DNA of 64,000 nucleotides, from assembly GCA_964291415.2 (NCBI GenBank), contig OZ219917.1, forward strand, positions 352,001 through 416,000. The letters run 5' to 3'. The notes under the pieces are model-generated. The model was not told the DNA's origin. It did not search any database and saw only the letters and a list, made by a program, of their open reading frames with translations. The DNA comes from Alphaproteobacteria bacterium (GTDB lineage: Bacteria; Pseudomonadota; Alphaproteobacteria; SP197). Shown here piece after piece: positions 51,594 through 62,773 of this stretch (position 1 is the stretch's first letter; the number at the start of each line of letters is the position of its first letter). A program made the translations under genes and the position numbers.

Positions 51594-52394
51594 ATGACAT
51601 CACCACTGTTCAGCATGCACCGCACCCATGGGACCGGTGTACGTTCTTTGGCACCTGCCAGCGTGGTCATGTTGGTCCTCTGCCTGATCACAGCCCCGGG
51701 CGCCGGGGCCCGGACCATCGAAGATGCGCAATTGGCCCTGGCTGAAGGAAGATTCGAGGAAGCAGTTCGAATAGCCGAAACGCTCGATACGTCCGAAGGG
51801 CAGGCGCTTGCAGCGAGGGCGCTTGCGATCCACGCCTACTACATCCTGGAGGAGGAAGACGATACCAGGGAACCACTCCTGCTGCGCGCGATCGAGCTTG
51901 CGAGGAAGGCAGTTGAGCTGGATCCGGGCAATGCCGATGCGTACGTGATGCTGGCCGCCACGCTCGGCCGTCATGCGCAGGTGATCAGTTCCCTGGAGGC
52001 CTCGAACAAGGGATACGCCGAGAAGATCCAGGAGGCTGCGGAAACAGCTCTGGACATCGATCCCGATCTGGTCGCGGCGCACCTCACGCTGGGCCGGTTG
52101 CATTCGGAGCTGATCGGCGTGATGGGCTCGTTCCTGGCACGCACACTTTACGGAGCCCGGGAGGAAGAGGCCCTGGCGCACCTCGAGAGGGCCTTCGAGT
52201 TGGCGCCGGGTGCCAAGGAGGTTGCCCTGGAGTATGCGCTGGGTCTTCTGATGCTGGATGATGACGAGTACCGGATGAGGGCGCACGAGCTCCTGGTTCT
52301 TGCCGTCGAGATCCCGACCGGAGACGCGTATCAGGCCATCGTCCACGGCGAGGCGGTCAAGCACCTCGAAAGCCTGGAAGGCGGTGGTGGCTGA
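51594..52394 (+). CDS. Secreted tetratricopeptide-repeat protein
   Basis: Signal peptide and repeated A.ELDP/AL.IDP/AFELAP helical units. Confidence 0.75.
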   Translation: MTSPLFSMHRTHGTGVRSLAPASVVMLVLCLITAPGAGARTIEDAQLALAEGRFEEAVRIAETLDTSEGQALAARALAIHAYYILEEEDDTREPLLLRAIELARKAVELDPGNADAYVMLAATLGRHAQVISSLEASNKGYAEKIQEAAETALDIDPDLVAAHLTLGRLHSELIGVMGSFLARTLYGAREEEALAHLERAFELAPGAKEVALEYALGLLMLDDDEYRMRAHELLVLAVEIPTGDAYQAIVHGEAVKHLESLEGGGG

Positions 52395-52939
52395 CGGTGC
52401 CGCTGCCTCGCGGACGTCACGACCGAGGCCACCGGTACGCCCTGGCTTCATGGCGGGAGGCAGCCGGAGCTCTCTCTTTCGAGCCTCTCCCTGATGGCGT
52501 CCCGCGAAGCAATGGCGAGGGACATTGCGAGACCGTGGTCCTCACCCAAGCGGTGCCCCTCTCTCGCGCCTGAACACCGAAGACAAGGCAGGTGGCTCAC
52601 CGGAGCGCGACAACATCCGACACAGGGTCTCGACGTGCTGCACGTCGCACGCGGGACCGCGAACACCCAACGCGCAGTCGACGTCTTCGCGGCCAGGCGC
52701 CGCCAGGACCTTCGACATCCTCGACGGGCCACTGCGTGGAGGGTCTCGACAGGGCCGGCTGGAACGGCACTCCATCAGCGTCCCGACCCGGCGAAGGGAC
52801 TCGCTTTGATGCCGTCCACGCCAACCCTGACAACGAGTGGCCATGTCGGCGGCGTAAGGGTCTCCGCATATGATCCGGAAACTGGCGGTCCGGGACAGTG
52901 GTAGGCTGCGAAGCAGCGGAATCGGCAGGGAAGACCGTG

Positions 52940-54298
52940 ATGCGGCAACGAATTGCCGTCGTGGGCGGCGGGGTTTCAGGTCTGGGCGCCGCGTGGGCGC
53001 TGCATCATCGTCCGGATCGATTTGACTTCCGGATCTACGAAGCCCAGGAACAGATCGGCGGGAACGCCGTTACGGTCGACATGCCTCAGGACGACGGAAG
53101 CTCTGTCCCCTTCGACATTTCGGTCACCGCCATGATCCCGTCGGTGTACAGGCATGTCCTGCTGCTGATGGAGCAGTTTGGCATCGAGCTGGTCGATACC
53201 AGGTTCAACTACAGCGTGGGGTACGGCGGCCAGGTCTACGCCCATGATTTCGACTCCGAGTTGAGGGAAGAGTTGCGATCCGAGATCGCCAAGTTCCGGC
53301 GACTCCTGCGGCGCCTGCACCGGATCGGCTGGCTCAGCCGTTGTCAGTCCAAGTTTCTGAACGCCCTCAACCCGTTCAACTACGTCAGCATGCGGACGGT
53401 CCTGGACCTGGGCGGGTTCTCCGAGGACTTCAGGTACAAGATCCTGAAGCCGATGTTCATCAACTTCGTGCTGGCGACGAATGTGTACGACCTGCCCGCA
53501 GCACTCTTCTCGAGGTACCTGGAATTCTTTGACATCCAGACAGCAACGCCGATGTGGACGTGGGACCAGGGAACGCGACGCATATACGAGAACCTGTCCG
53601 CCGGCTTTCAGGACAAGATCTATCGCAACCGGCGCGTCTCGAGGGTCTATCGGGAGGCGGCCGGCGTCGTGATCGAAGACGGACAGGGCGTGAAGGAGAC
53701 ATTCGACGAGGTGATCTTCGCGTGCGGCGCGGATCAAACCCTGAAAATCCTCGATCGCCCGACCCGGCTTGAACGCTACATCCTGTCGTCAATCCGCTAT
53801 GACAGCGCCATCCACGGGCACGCGGTCGTCCACTGGGACTCTTCGGTCCTTCCGGACGACGAGATGAAGGCCTTGACAACCCGGACAAATCACATCGAAC
53901 AGTACGGAACGGAGCCGGACAACTACGAAGTCACGTACATCATTCACAACCAGCAGCTCTGGGCCAGACGATCGGACAAGCCCTGCCTGGTGACCTACAA
54001 TCCGGTCCATCCCATCGACGACGACAAGATCATCAAGCAGTGCCGGTTTCGACACGTCGTCCACGACGTGCGCCAGGTCGCGCTGCTCGTCTACCTGTTT
54101 CGCTTCATCCAGGGCAGGCGACGCACGTGGCACTGCGGCGCGCACACGCTGGTCAACAGCCAGGAAACCTGCTTCATCACCGGTCTGGCCGCCGCCAGAC
54201 AGCTGGGCGCTGACTATCCCTTCAGCGACCCGGCAGCGAGACGCACGTTCAACTACTACGGAAGCATCCTGCACGGATCGCGCTTTCGGCGAGCGTAG
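52940..54298 (+). CDS. FAD-dependent oxidoreductase (amine oxidase/desaturase-like)
   Basis: IAVVGGGVSGLGAAW, YEA.EQIGG, FDEVIFAC and QG.RRTWHCGA motifs. Confidence 0.85.
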   Translation: MRQRIAVVGGGVSGLGAAWALHHRPDRFDFRIYEAQEQIGGNAVTVDMPQDDGSSVPFDISVTAMIPSVYRHVLLLMEQFGIELVDTRFNYSVGYGGQVYAHDFDSELREELRSEIAKFRRLLRRLHRIGWLSRCQSKFLNALNPFNYVSMRTVLDLGGFSEDFRYKILKPMFINFVLATNVYDLPAALFSRYLEFFDIQTATPMWTWDQGTRRIYENLSAGFQDKIYRNRRVSRVYREAAGVVIEDGQGVKETFDEVIFACGADQTLKILDRPTRLERYILSSIRYDSAIHGHAVVHWDSSVLPDDEMKALTTRTNHIEQYGTEPDNYEVTYIIHNQQLWARRSDKPCLVTYNPVHPIDDDKIIKQCRFRHVVHDVRQVALLVYLFRFIQGRRRTWHCGAHTLVNSQETCFITGLAAARQLGADYPFSDPAARRTFNYYGSILHGSRFRRA

Positions 54299-54397
54299 TC
54301 GCACCGACCGTGCGATCAGGGAGCGGTCCGCCCCACCCTGGCACCGCGCGCTGCCGCGCAGCGGAGGTGAATGACAGGATGGCGATCCTGTGCGCCG

Positions 54398-55480
54398 CTA
54401 GCCATCCCCGCCGACGCACTCATGCGGATAGAACTGCCTGCAATAGCGCCGGTACTCGCCGATGTTGCCGTCGGAGCGACTCAACCGGGGATGAGGCCGG
54501 TACTGACGTCGTTGCCAGATCACGACATCCTGTTGCACATCCTTCATCTGCGCGGAAATCATCAGCTTGTTCATGATTCTCGTGCGAAGCCCCGGCGGCA
54601 GGAATCCGAGACCGACGATCAGCCGCTTGGGCCTTCGTATCTCCCGGATCTGACTGGCCAGCGACAGATCAACCAACGTGCCGTCGACAGGTGTGGCCAA
54701 GACCCACAGGCGGAGATCCATGCCAATGGAATGCTCCCGGATGTCGACGTACGAGTATCCCAGTCCATGGACGTGGGTGGTGGCTGACACACGATAGGCG
54801 CTGTCGACAAACCCCGCGATGAGGCGGTGGCGGATGAAATCGAAACGGGCGAGCAGGTGCGCACCGTCAACCGTGGTCGATCCCACAGGCTGCACGTTGC
54901 CGTAGCCATGTACATACCGCAGGTGGGCGAGATCCACGGAATTCTCCGCGATTTCCTGCACATGGCCGACGAATCGGACGGTCCGGATTTCCAGACCGCA
55001 CCAGTCGCGTTCGACCGGTGGCGCTTCCGGCAGGTGCCATTGCGGCGGCCTGCCTGTGGCGCTCCACCAGGCAAAGACGAGGTCTTGAATGATCCGCGTG
55101 TCATAGGTGTTGAGCGCCAGGAATCTCGGCGGCGGTGCGTACGGGGTCGCGACACAGTTGCCGACGATATCGTAGGTGAAACCATGAAAGGGACAGACGA
55201 GACAGCCATCACGCACGCGGCCGCCGACGGTCGGACCCAATGCGGAACCCAGGTGCGGACACACCGACTGCGCCACGCAGACGGTCCCGTCGTCGTCGCT
55301 CCATGCGACGATGTCCTGTCCGAGCCACTGCCTTTCAAGCAGCTTCTCCCTGGTCAGGGAGTGCCGGCTTGCGACGAAGTACCAACCCTCGGGAAAGGGG
55401 AAGAGAGCGTCCGCCCGGTCAGCCACGCTGCCATCGCCGTTCTTGTCCTGACATGTTCGTGGCACGGTTGACGCCGCCAT
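54398..55480 (-). CDS. Rieske oxygenase, KshA / cholesterol 7-desaturase-like
   Basis: FPEGWY, CPHLG...CPFHG, EIAENSVDLAHLRYVH and QDVVIW motifs. Confidence 0.85.
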   Translation of the reverse strand: MAASTVPRTCQDKNGDGSVADRADALFPFPEGWYFVASRHSLTREKLLERQWLGQDIVAWSDDDGTVCVAQSVCPHLGSALGPTVGGRVRDGCLVCPFHGFTYDIVGNCVATPYAPPPRFLALNTYDTRIIQDLVFAWWSATGRPPQWHLPEAPPVERDWCGLEIRTVRFVGHVQEIAENSVDLAHLRYVHGYGNVQPVGSTTVDGAHLLARFDFIRHRLIAGFVDSAYRVSATTHVHGLGYSYVDIREHSIGMDLRLWVLATPVDGTLVDLSLASQIREIRRPKRLIVGLGFLPPGLRTRIMNKLMISAQMKDVQQDVVIWQRRQYRPHPRLSRSDGNIGEYRRYCRQFYPHECVGGDG

Positions 55481-56309
55481 CACAAGGGACTGGAAAGACC
55501 GAAGCACGTGGTCACCCCACGCCCGGCACGGGTTGACACTCCATCTCCGCCGTATCGAACGAGGTTCAAGGCAAACCGCCCCGACTGCGAGTCCGGCTTC
55601 CAGCCCACGATTCTAAGGGGCACCGACATGCCATGACAACAAGCTGCGACGTGGTCGCCAAGTGGCGTCCGGAGCCGGCGCCCGGCTGTTCGTTCAGCAG
55701 CTTGAGATGGCGCGTCTCGCGCCGTGTCTCCGTGGCCATGGGGTCGGTCAGGGCCTCGACGAGCCTTGAATGCCAGCGGGTCCGCTCCTCGTCCAGCCCC
55801 GCATCGAGGGTCTTGCCAGGGGCGTTCACCGCGGCGGTCTCGGCCAGTCGCCTCAGCCTGGTCAGCTTCGCGCCGGACGCGAGAATCCTGGCCAGCACCT
55901 GGTTGCGTTCTGGACACGGCCTGGTGCCGCGGCGCCTCCCTTGAGCAGGAAGCGGGTCGCCTCGACGCGAGCCGAGGGCCCCCTGGTGAGTTGGTGTGCC
56001 GAGTGACCAGTCTGTCATCGCGTCGCGGAGCAGGATCGCCGGCGGTGAGGAACGGATGGCGGCGGCCTCGATCTGCATGATGACTCAGAAGAGGAGTTGT
56101 TCCAGCCATGTCACTCAACAGTACTCCCATAGATGGGTACACTCCATCGACCGGAGACGTCCGGACGAACAAGGCCAAATCAACGAGTTGACGTGAATGC
56201 CAGTTGAAAGCAAGAGAAAAGACCGGGCTCAGGCAGCAGGGGATTGCCCATGGCAGGGGCGTGGGCAAGATGCTATACGTGAGTCTCGCGCCCGGGCCAG
56301 CACTTCGTC

Positions 56310-58637
56310 ATGACACTCGATTCCTGCATTGCGCTCGTCGTCGGTCGCCGGTGGCTGACCATCGTGCTCTCGCTGGTCGGGATGCTGGCCCTTGCTGCAG
56401 GCGCCCAGTACATCACGGTCGTTGATGTCGACGTGCGGAATCACTTTGGCGAGGATGACCCGCACATCGTCGCACTTGAAGAGCTGGAAGACTCCTACTC
56501 CCTCTCCGACACTGCGCTGGTGGTCGTGGCGCCGCAGAGCGGTACGGTTTTCACGCCGGAAGCCCTCGTCGCCATCGAAGAGCTGACCGATCAGCTATGG
56601 CGAACGCCGTACGTCACGCGCGTTGATTCGATCACAAACTATACGCACAGCGAGGGTCTCGAAGACGAGCTGATAGTCGCCCCCCTGATCGACGACAGCA
56701 GTTCCCTGAGCGACAGCGATATCGAACGAATTCGGACAATTGCGCTCGGTACCGAAGAGGTCGCAGGGCGTTTCGTTTCCAAGGATGGCCGCGTTGCCGG
56801 ACTGGTCGTCAGTGTTGTGCTCCCCGAGGACCGGCAGCAGGGACGGTTTGCGGTTACCGATTTCCTCCACGGTACGGCCGCCGAAGCGAGAGAGCGGTAC
56901 CCGACCATCGACTACCACCTGACCGGCGAACTCGTCCTCAACCGCGCCATGAAGCAGGCGATTGACGATGACATGGGCGTCCTCGCGCCCATCGCGCTCG
57001 GGACCATGCTGCTCGTCGCCCTCGTTCTGCTGCGCTCGCTTTGGGGAATGGCGGCGGTTCTCGTGATGCTGATCGCGGTCATGCTGTCCGCGTTGGGCTT
57101 CACCGGATGGGCCGGACTGAAGCTGTTCGGCGAGAGCGGCGCGGCGTTGTTCGTCCTGATGGCGGTCACCGTCGCGCATTCGGTGCACATTATCGAGGGA
57201 GTGCGAGGGGGGCTGCGCCGGGGCATGGACCGTCGACAGGCAGCGGTTCATTCACTGCAGGTCAACGTGTGGCCGGTTCTCCTGACATCGGTGACGACCG
57301 CAATCGGCTTTCTCAGCCTGAACTTTGCGGACATGCCGCCGTTTCGGGTGATGGGCAACATGGTGGCATTTGGCGCAATGGCTGCCTTCGTCTTTTCGGT
57401 CACGTTGCTGCCCGCATTCCTGACGGTTGTGCCGATCCGCAGCGGGCCTGCACACTCGAGAGAGGCAGCCCTCTTCGACCGCCTGGCGCGGTTCGTCATT
57501 TCCTACCGTACGGCCCTGCTGTGGTCTGTCGCCGCCGTGATGGTCGTGCTCATCGCCGGGATCTCGCGAATTGAGCTTCACGAGAACTGGCTTGAGCTGC
57601 TTGATGAGAGTTACGAGTTCCGGAGATCCACGGATTTCGTGAGCGAGAACTTCACTGGCGTCGAAACGTACGAGTATTCGCTCAACTCCGGCCGGGAGAG
57701 CGGGGTCACGGATGTCGATTTTCTGCGGCAGGTGGATGCCTTTGCGGAGTGGAGTCGGGCGCAGCCGGAAGTTGCCCACGTCTTCGCCATCTCCGACATC
57801 ATGAAGCGCCTGAACATGAACCTGCACGGCGACGATCCCGACTACTACGTGATCCCGGATGATTCCGACCTCGCTGCGCAGTACCTGCTGCTCTACGAGT
57901 TCTCCCTTCCGGTCGGCCGCGACCTGAACAACCTCATCAACGTGGAACGGTCTTCGACGCGCGCGACGGTCATGCTGAAGAGCCTCACGACCAGTGAGAA
58001 GGTGGACCTCGACAACCGCACGCAAGCCTGGTTCCGGGAGAACGCGCCGGATCTGGAAACCCAGGCGACGGGCGTTTCCGTTGTCGGGGCCCATTCCATT
58101 CAACGGAACATCGAGGGCATGCTGCAGGGCACGATCGTGGCCATGGCCATCGTGTCCCTGCTCCTGCTCTTCGTTTTCAGAAGCGTGCGCCTCGGCCTGA
58201 TCAGCCTGGTCCCGAATTTCGTGCCGGCCGCCATGGCGATGGGCATTTGGGGATATCTGGTAGGAGAGGTCGGCGTCGCGGCGTCGGTCGTCACCGCCAT
58301 TGCGTTCGGCATCATCGTGGACGACACGATCCACTTCATGACCAAGTATGTCGACGCCAGGAAACGCGGGCAGTTGCCGTCGGAATCCGTCCAGTCCGCC
58401 TTTGGTGCGGTCGGCAAGGCGCTGGCCGCGACCACAGTTGTGTTCGCGCTGGGATTCATGGTGTTCGGAGCGTCGGGAATGGTGACCAACCAGGCGCTCG
58501 GCCTGCTCGTCGGGATCACGGTCATCATTGCCCTGTTGGCGGATTTCCTGTTCCTTCCGCCGCTGCTGATGGCGCTTGACACGACGAAAGAAACAACCGC
58601 GCAAATCAGGGAACGCCTGAAGCGGTCGAACGACTAG
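56310..58637 (+). CDS. MMPL/RND-family transporter
   Basis: Two transmembrane blocks with periplasmic loops, plus TSVTTAIGF and GIIVDDTIHF. Confidence 0.92.
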   Translation: MTLDSCIALVVGRRWLTIVLSLVGMLALAAGAQYITVVDVDVRNHFGEDDPHIVALEELEDSYSLSDTALVVVAPQSGTVFTPEALVAIEELTDQLWRTPYVTRVDSITNYTHSEGLEDELIVAPLIDDSSSLSDSDIERIRTIALGTEEVAGRFVSKDGRVAGLVVSVVLPEDRQQGRFAVTDFLHGTAAEARERYPTIDYHLTGELVLNRAMKQAIDDDMGVLAPIALGTMLLVALVLLRSLWGMAAVLVMLIAVMLSALGFTGWAGLKLFGESGAALFVLMAVTVAHSVHIIEGVRGGLRRGMDRRQAAVHSLQVNVWPVLLTSVTTAIGFLSLNFADMPPFRVMGNMVAFGAMAAFVFSVTLLPAFLTVVPIRSGPAHSREAALFDRLARFVISYRTALLWSVAAVMVVLIAGISRIELHENWLELLDESYEFRRSTDFVSENFTGVETYEYSLNSGRESGVTDVDFLRQVDAFAEWSRAQPEVAHVFAISDIMKRLNMNLHGDDPDYYVIPDDSDLAAQYLLLYEFSLPVGRDLNNLINVERSSTRATVMLKSLTTSEKVDLDNRTQAWFRENAPDLETQATGVSVVGAHSIQRNIEGMLQGTIVAMAIVSLLLLFVFRSVRLGLISLVPNFVPAAMAMGIWGYLVGEVGVAASVVTAIAFGIIVDDTIHFMTKYVDARKRGQLPSESVQSAFGAVGKALAATTVVFALGFMVFGASGMVTNQALGLLVGITVIIALLADFLFLPPLLMALDTTKETTAQIRERLKRSND

Positions 58638-59266
58638 GCACGCAAGCTGCGTTGTCCCGGCTGAATTGCCGAGGGGACGCCACGTTCACACGCAAACTGC
58701 AGCCGTGGGCTGGTGTTTGGACTTGCCGCGCCCCGCCCCTTTCGGGTCGTGTGGCAGGCACGACCCTGATTGACGGGAATGCACGCCGCTCTTCGACAGC
58801 CCTGAACTTCAGGCCGCGCTTCGGTGTCGTCGAAGGAAGCGGGTTGAGCCGGACTTGTCGTTCGGAGGATACACGTCGAGCCGTGAAGCAACGCGCGATC
58901 AACAGCACGTTGACGGCCTGTTGCAGGTGCATCCGGCGCCTTGCGAGACAGGTATGCGTGCGCAGCCCACAGGGTGCGAGCTCGGGGCTTTGGCGTTCAC
59001 GGCGTGGCGGCAGATGGAGATCGATATCCGATGCGGGCTCTTCTTGCGGCACGGCGAGCGGGTCCGCCGCCCTTCCCATCGGACGGTCGACACCGCAACA
59101 GGCCGAGTCCGGCCGCCAGGCCCCTGACCGGCGGCACCTTGTCGCTGTCCGGCACAATACCTATAGTCGGGGTACGGCCTAGAGGGCGGACCGGAGACGA
59201 GTCGGCCATGCTTCTTCATGCTGCGGATACGTGCCTGCCGCCTGCGTACCTGGACATGAGACAGCG

Positions 59267-60079
59267 ATGACTTACACAGAATACTCCCGAATGCCGGCCA
59301 TGTTCCTGGCGGGCATGATGTGTCTGGCCACCGGCACGCCTGCTGTTGCCGAGGACGCGAGCGCCCAGGAGCGCGGTCTCCAGATTGCCCTCGAAGCGCG
59401 TGAACGCAGCGAGGGCTTCGGCAACTTCTCGGCCAGTCTGACGATGGTGCTGCGCACCAAACAGGGTCAGGAAACCGAGCGTCATCTCAGGATCAAGACC
59501 CTGGAGGTCATCGACGGAGGCGACAAGACGGTCTTCATCTTCGACGAGCCGCGCGACGTCAGGGGAACGGCGTTTCTCATTCACACCAACCGTGACAAGT
59601 CAGACGACATCTGGCTGTTCCTACCGGCCCTCGAACGGGTCAAGCGGATCAGTTCGTCCAACCGCTCGGGATCCTTCATGGGCAGCGAATTCGCCTACGA
59701 GGACATCACCGATCAGGTCGTCGAGAAGTTCACCTACCGCTACCTGAACGACGAGCCCTGCGGCGACCTCGTCTGCACGGTGATCGAACGCGTGCCCCTG
59801 GAAGAGGACTCGGGCTACAGCCGGCAACTGATCTGGCACGATACCGAGGAGTACAGGTCCTGGAAGGTCGAGTTCTACGATCGCAGAAACGAGCTGCTGA
59901 AGACGCTGACGGCGGCCGACTACGAACTCCACCTCGAACGATTCTGGTACGCCGGACAACAGACGATGGTCAACCATCGCACCGGCAAGAGCACGGTCAT
60001 GTCCTGGGTGGACCTGCAGCTGGGGGTCGAACTCGATGAGCGCGACTTCACGCGGACCGGTCTGAAGCGTCTTCGCTGA
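59267..60079 (+). CDS. Outer-membrane lipoprotein-sorting (LolA-like) periplasmic protein
   Basis: F.EPRDVRGTAFL, WLFLPAL.RVKRI and SFMGSEFAYED motifs. Confidence 0.88.
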   Translation: MTYTEYSRMPAMFLAGMMCLATGTPAVAEDASAQERGLQIALEARERSEGFGNFSASLTMVLRTKQGQETERHLRIKTLEVIDGGDKTVFIFDEPRDVRGTAFLIHTNRDKSDDIWLFLPALERVKRISSSNRSGSFMGSEFAYEDITDQVVEKFTYRYLNDEPCGDLVCTVIERVPLEEDSGYSRQLIWHDTEEYRSWKVEFYDRRNELLKTLTAADYELHLERFWYAGQQTMVNHRTGKSTVMSWVDLQLGVELDERDFTRTGLKRLR

Positions 60080-61355
60080 TGCCCCTCGGATCCTTTCTCC
60101 GCCGCAGCCTTTCCGGTCTCGTCGTTGTTGCGGTTGCGTGTCCGGCCATGGGCCGGGCCGACGATTCCATCATCGATTACCACGAGTTCTACGGCACCTT
60201 CAGCATGGAGAACCGATGGTTTCCGGAGTCCCCCGCCCATGCCGGCCAGAGCGATGCCGATACAACCTTCGTTGCCGAACCGTCGCTCTACCTGGAGACC
60301 GCCGACGGCACGAGCTTCACTCTCGAGACGTTCTTTCGCTACGACAGCGCGGACTCCGAACGCCACCTTGCGGACGTGCGCGAGGCCTATCTGCTGTTAC
60401 TGGGCCCGCTCGGAGACGACGAGTGGGAACTGCGGCTGGGCTTCGACCACGTCTTCTGGGGGGTCGCCGAGTCCCGCCATCTCGTCGACATCATCAATCA
60501 GACGGATCTCGTCGCCAATCCGAACGAGGAGGTCAAGCTCGGCCAGCCCATGGCCCACGTGACAGTGTCCGGCGATTGGGGGGTGGCGGAACTTTTCGCG
60601 CTTCCGTGGCACCGGCCTCGCACCTATCCGGGCCGTGATGGCCGCCTGCGCGGCGAGTTCGTCGTCGACAACGACCGGCTGCAGTACGAGAGCGCCGCCG
60701 GTGAACGGCACCTCGACCTCGCGGCACGCTACAGCCACAGCTTCGGGCCCTTCGATATCGGATTGAGCGTCTTCGACGGCACGAGCCGGGAGCCCTATCT
60801 CGATCCGGTGCTCGAGTGCGGTCCGGTGCCCGATCCTGCGCGGTGCCGCGTGACCCTGGTGCCCCTCTACGAGCAGATCCGGCAGTTCGGGCTGGATGCG
60901 CAGATGACGACCGGGGGCTGGCTGCTGAAGCTCGAGGCCATCGGCGCACCGGTGCGAGCGACCTGTTCGGCCGGAAGGAGGACTTCACGGCCTTCGTCGC
61001 CGGCGGCGAATACACCTTCTACTCCGTGCTCGAGTCCGATATCGACCTTGGGCTGCTGGCCGAATGGAATCGCGACAGCCGGCTCCGGCGGGCGAGCAAC
61101 GTGTTCCAGAACGACGTGTTCCTGGGCTCCAGGCTTGCGTTCAACGACGTCGAGGGCACCGACCTCTTCTTCGGCGTCCTGACCGATCTCGATACCGGCA
61201 CACGCTCGTTCAACGTCCAGATGAACAGGCGCCTCAACGACGATCTTTCGCTTAACATCGAGGGATCCCTCTTCGACAACGTCGGCGAGGACGACCCGAT
61301 ATACGCCTCTCGCCGGGACAGTTTCATCGCCGTGAATCTCACCTACGGTTTCTGA
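60079..61355 (+). CDS. Outer-membrane beta-barrel protein, apparent frameshift at about 60942
   Basis: Signal peptide, DVREAY and VFWGVAES.HLVDIINQ. The second frame ends in the beta-signal NLTYGF. Adding one C (ATC CGG CGC) joins the frames. Confidence 0.82.
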
Positions 61356-61579
61356 GCCTCCCGCGAGCCGTACATCGGGAATCGGCCAGCCGACGTCCAC
61401 ACCGACCGGCGCAGCGCACGCAGCACCGCGCTCTTCACTCCTCAACAGGGGCGCATCCGTGCGAACCCGGTTCGACAGCACAGGTTGCCACGCTCGGGCA
61501 GGTCCGAATGCCTCTCGACAGCAATGTGCGGGGTTTGAGTGCAGAGGAATGTTCGGTGAGATCACCGATGGTCTCGTTC

Positions 61580-62773
61580 TCAGGGTGGTCGGGCCTCATG
61601 GCCGGCATCTCGCGCGTGCGCGTGCGGTATCTTCTTTGACTGCCGGATCTCGCGGATGAGAATGGCGAGAAAGAGTGCGCTCAGGAAGGCGGCGAGCAGG
61701 GGCATGCCGTCCGGCCCCACCAGTTCCATGGCGCCGCCGCTCAGGGCTGGCGCGATGAAACTCCCGGAAGCCCACAGGAACATGAAGCACGTGGTGATGC
61801 CGACAAGTTCGCCGCCCTTGAATCGCTGGCCCATCATCGCGAGCGCGACCGTGTAGGTGCTGCCGACCGTGGCGCCCATGAGGCCCAGCACGACAACGCT
61901 CAGGACGGGATTGCCGGTCACGATGGGCAACACGAGGAGCATCGCGAGCGCGATGGCGATGCAGCCGGCAATGACCTTCGTGCGATCGATGCGATCGGCC
62001 AGCCAGCCGACGGGAAACTGGCCGAGCACGGCTCCGCCGATGAAACTCGCGAGCAGCAGTCCGGCAGCCGCTTCGTCGAGCCCTTTTCGCATGCCGTAGA
62101 CCACCAGCAGCGCCAGAACCGACTCGTCGATCAGGCCGAACATGAACGCGGCCACCATCAGGACCGGCGCGATGCGGATGAAGTGCACCAGGCGCGCCCT
62201 GTGTTCACCGGTGATGGCGAGCGTGGTGCCGCGCCCGAACACCAGGATCGAGAGACCGGCAGCGATCACCACGAGACCGACGTGGAGCGCAAGCCAGCTG
62301 TCGGTGCCCAGAAAGCCGATCGCGAGAGGTCCGACGGCGAAGCCGCCGTGCTGGAAAACGGCCGCAATGGCGAGCGTCCTGCCGCGGCGTTTCTCCTCGG
62401 CGATCTGATTGAGCCAGATATCTCCTGCCGTGAAGACCATCTCGGAAAAGAAACCCAGGAGGAAGCGCAGGGGAAACCAGATCCAGACGTTGGGAAAGAC
62501 AGGAAGCAGGGCGATGGTGATCAGCATCCCTGCTCCGCCGACCGCGATGACACGCAGCAGGCCGAAACGCTTGATGAGCCCTGGCGCCACGGGGACCAGG
62601 AACAGGATGGCCATCATCTGCACGGCGGCGTTCAGGCCGTTGAGCCAGACGGGAACGCCCTGGTTCTCGAGCCAGATGCCGAGAAACGGCATGGTGAGGC
62701 CCAATGTCGCGGTCACCGTGATGGTCGCGGCGATGCATGCGATCAAGCCACGTCGACGCTGTCTGGGTGTCAT
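61580..62773 (-). CDS. MFS transporter (YcaD-like)
   Basis: About 12 TM segments and a GQFPVGWLADRIDR motif A. Confidence 0.88.
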   Translation of the reverse strand: MTPRQRRRGLIACIAATITVTATLGLTMPFLGIWLENQGVPVWLNGLNAAVQMMAILFLVPVAPGLIKRFGLLRVIAVGGAGMLITIALLPVFPNVWIWFPLRFLLGFFSEMVFTAGDIWLNQIAEEKRRGRTLAIAAVFQHGGFAVGPLAIGFLGTDSWLALHVGLVVIAAGLSILVFGRGTTLAITGEHRARLVHFIRIAPVLMVAAFMFGLIDESVLALLVVYGMRKGLDEAAAGLLLASFIGGAVLGQFPVGWLADRIDRTKVIAGCIAIALAMLLVLPIVTGNPVLSVVVLGLMGATVGSTYTVALAMMGQRFKGGELVGITTCFMFLWASGSFIAPALSGGAMELVGPDGMPLLAAFLSALFLAILIREIRQSKKIPHAHARDAGHEARPP

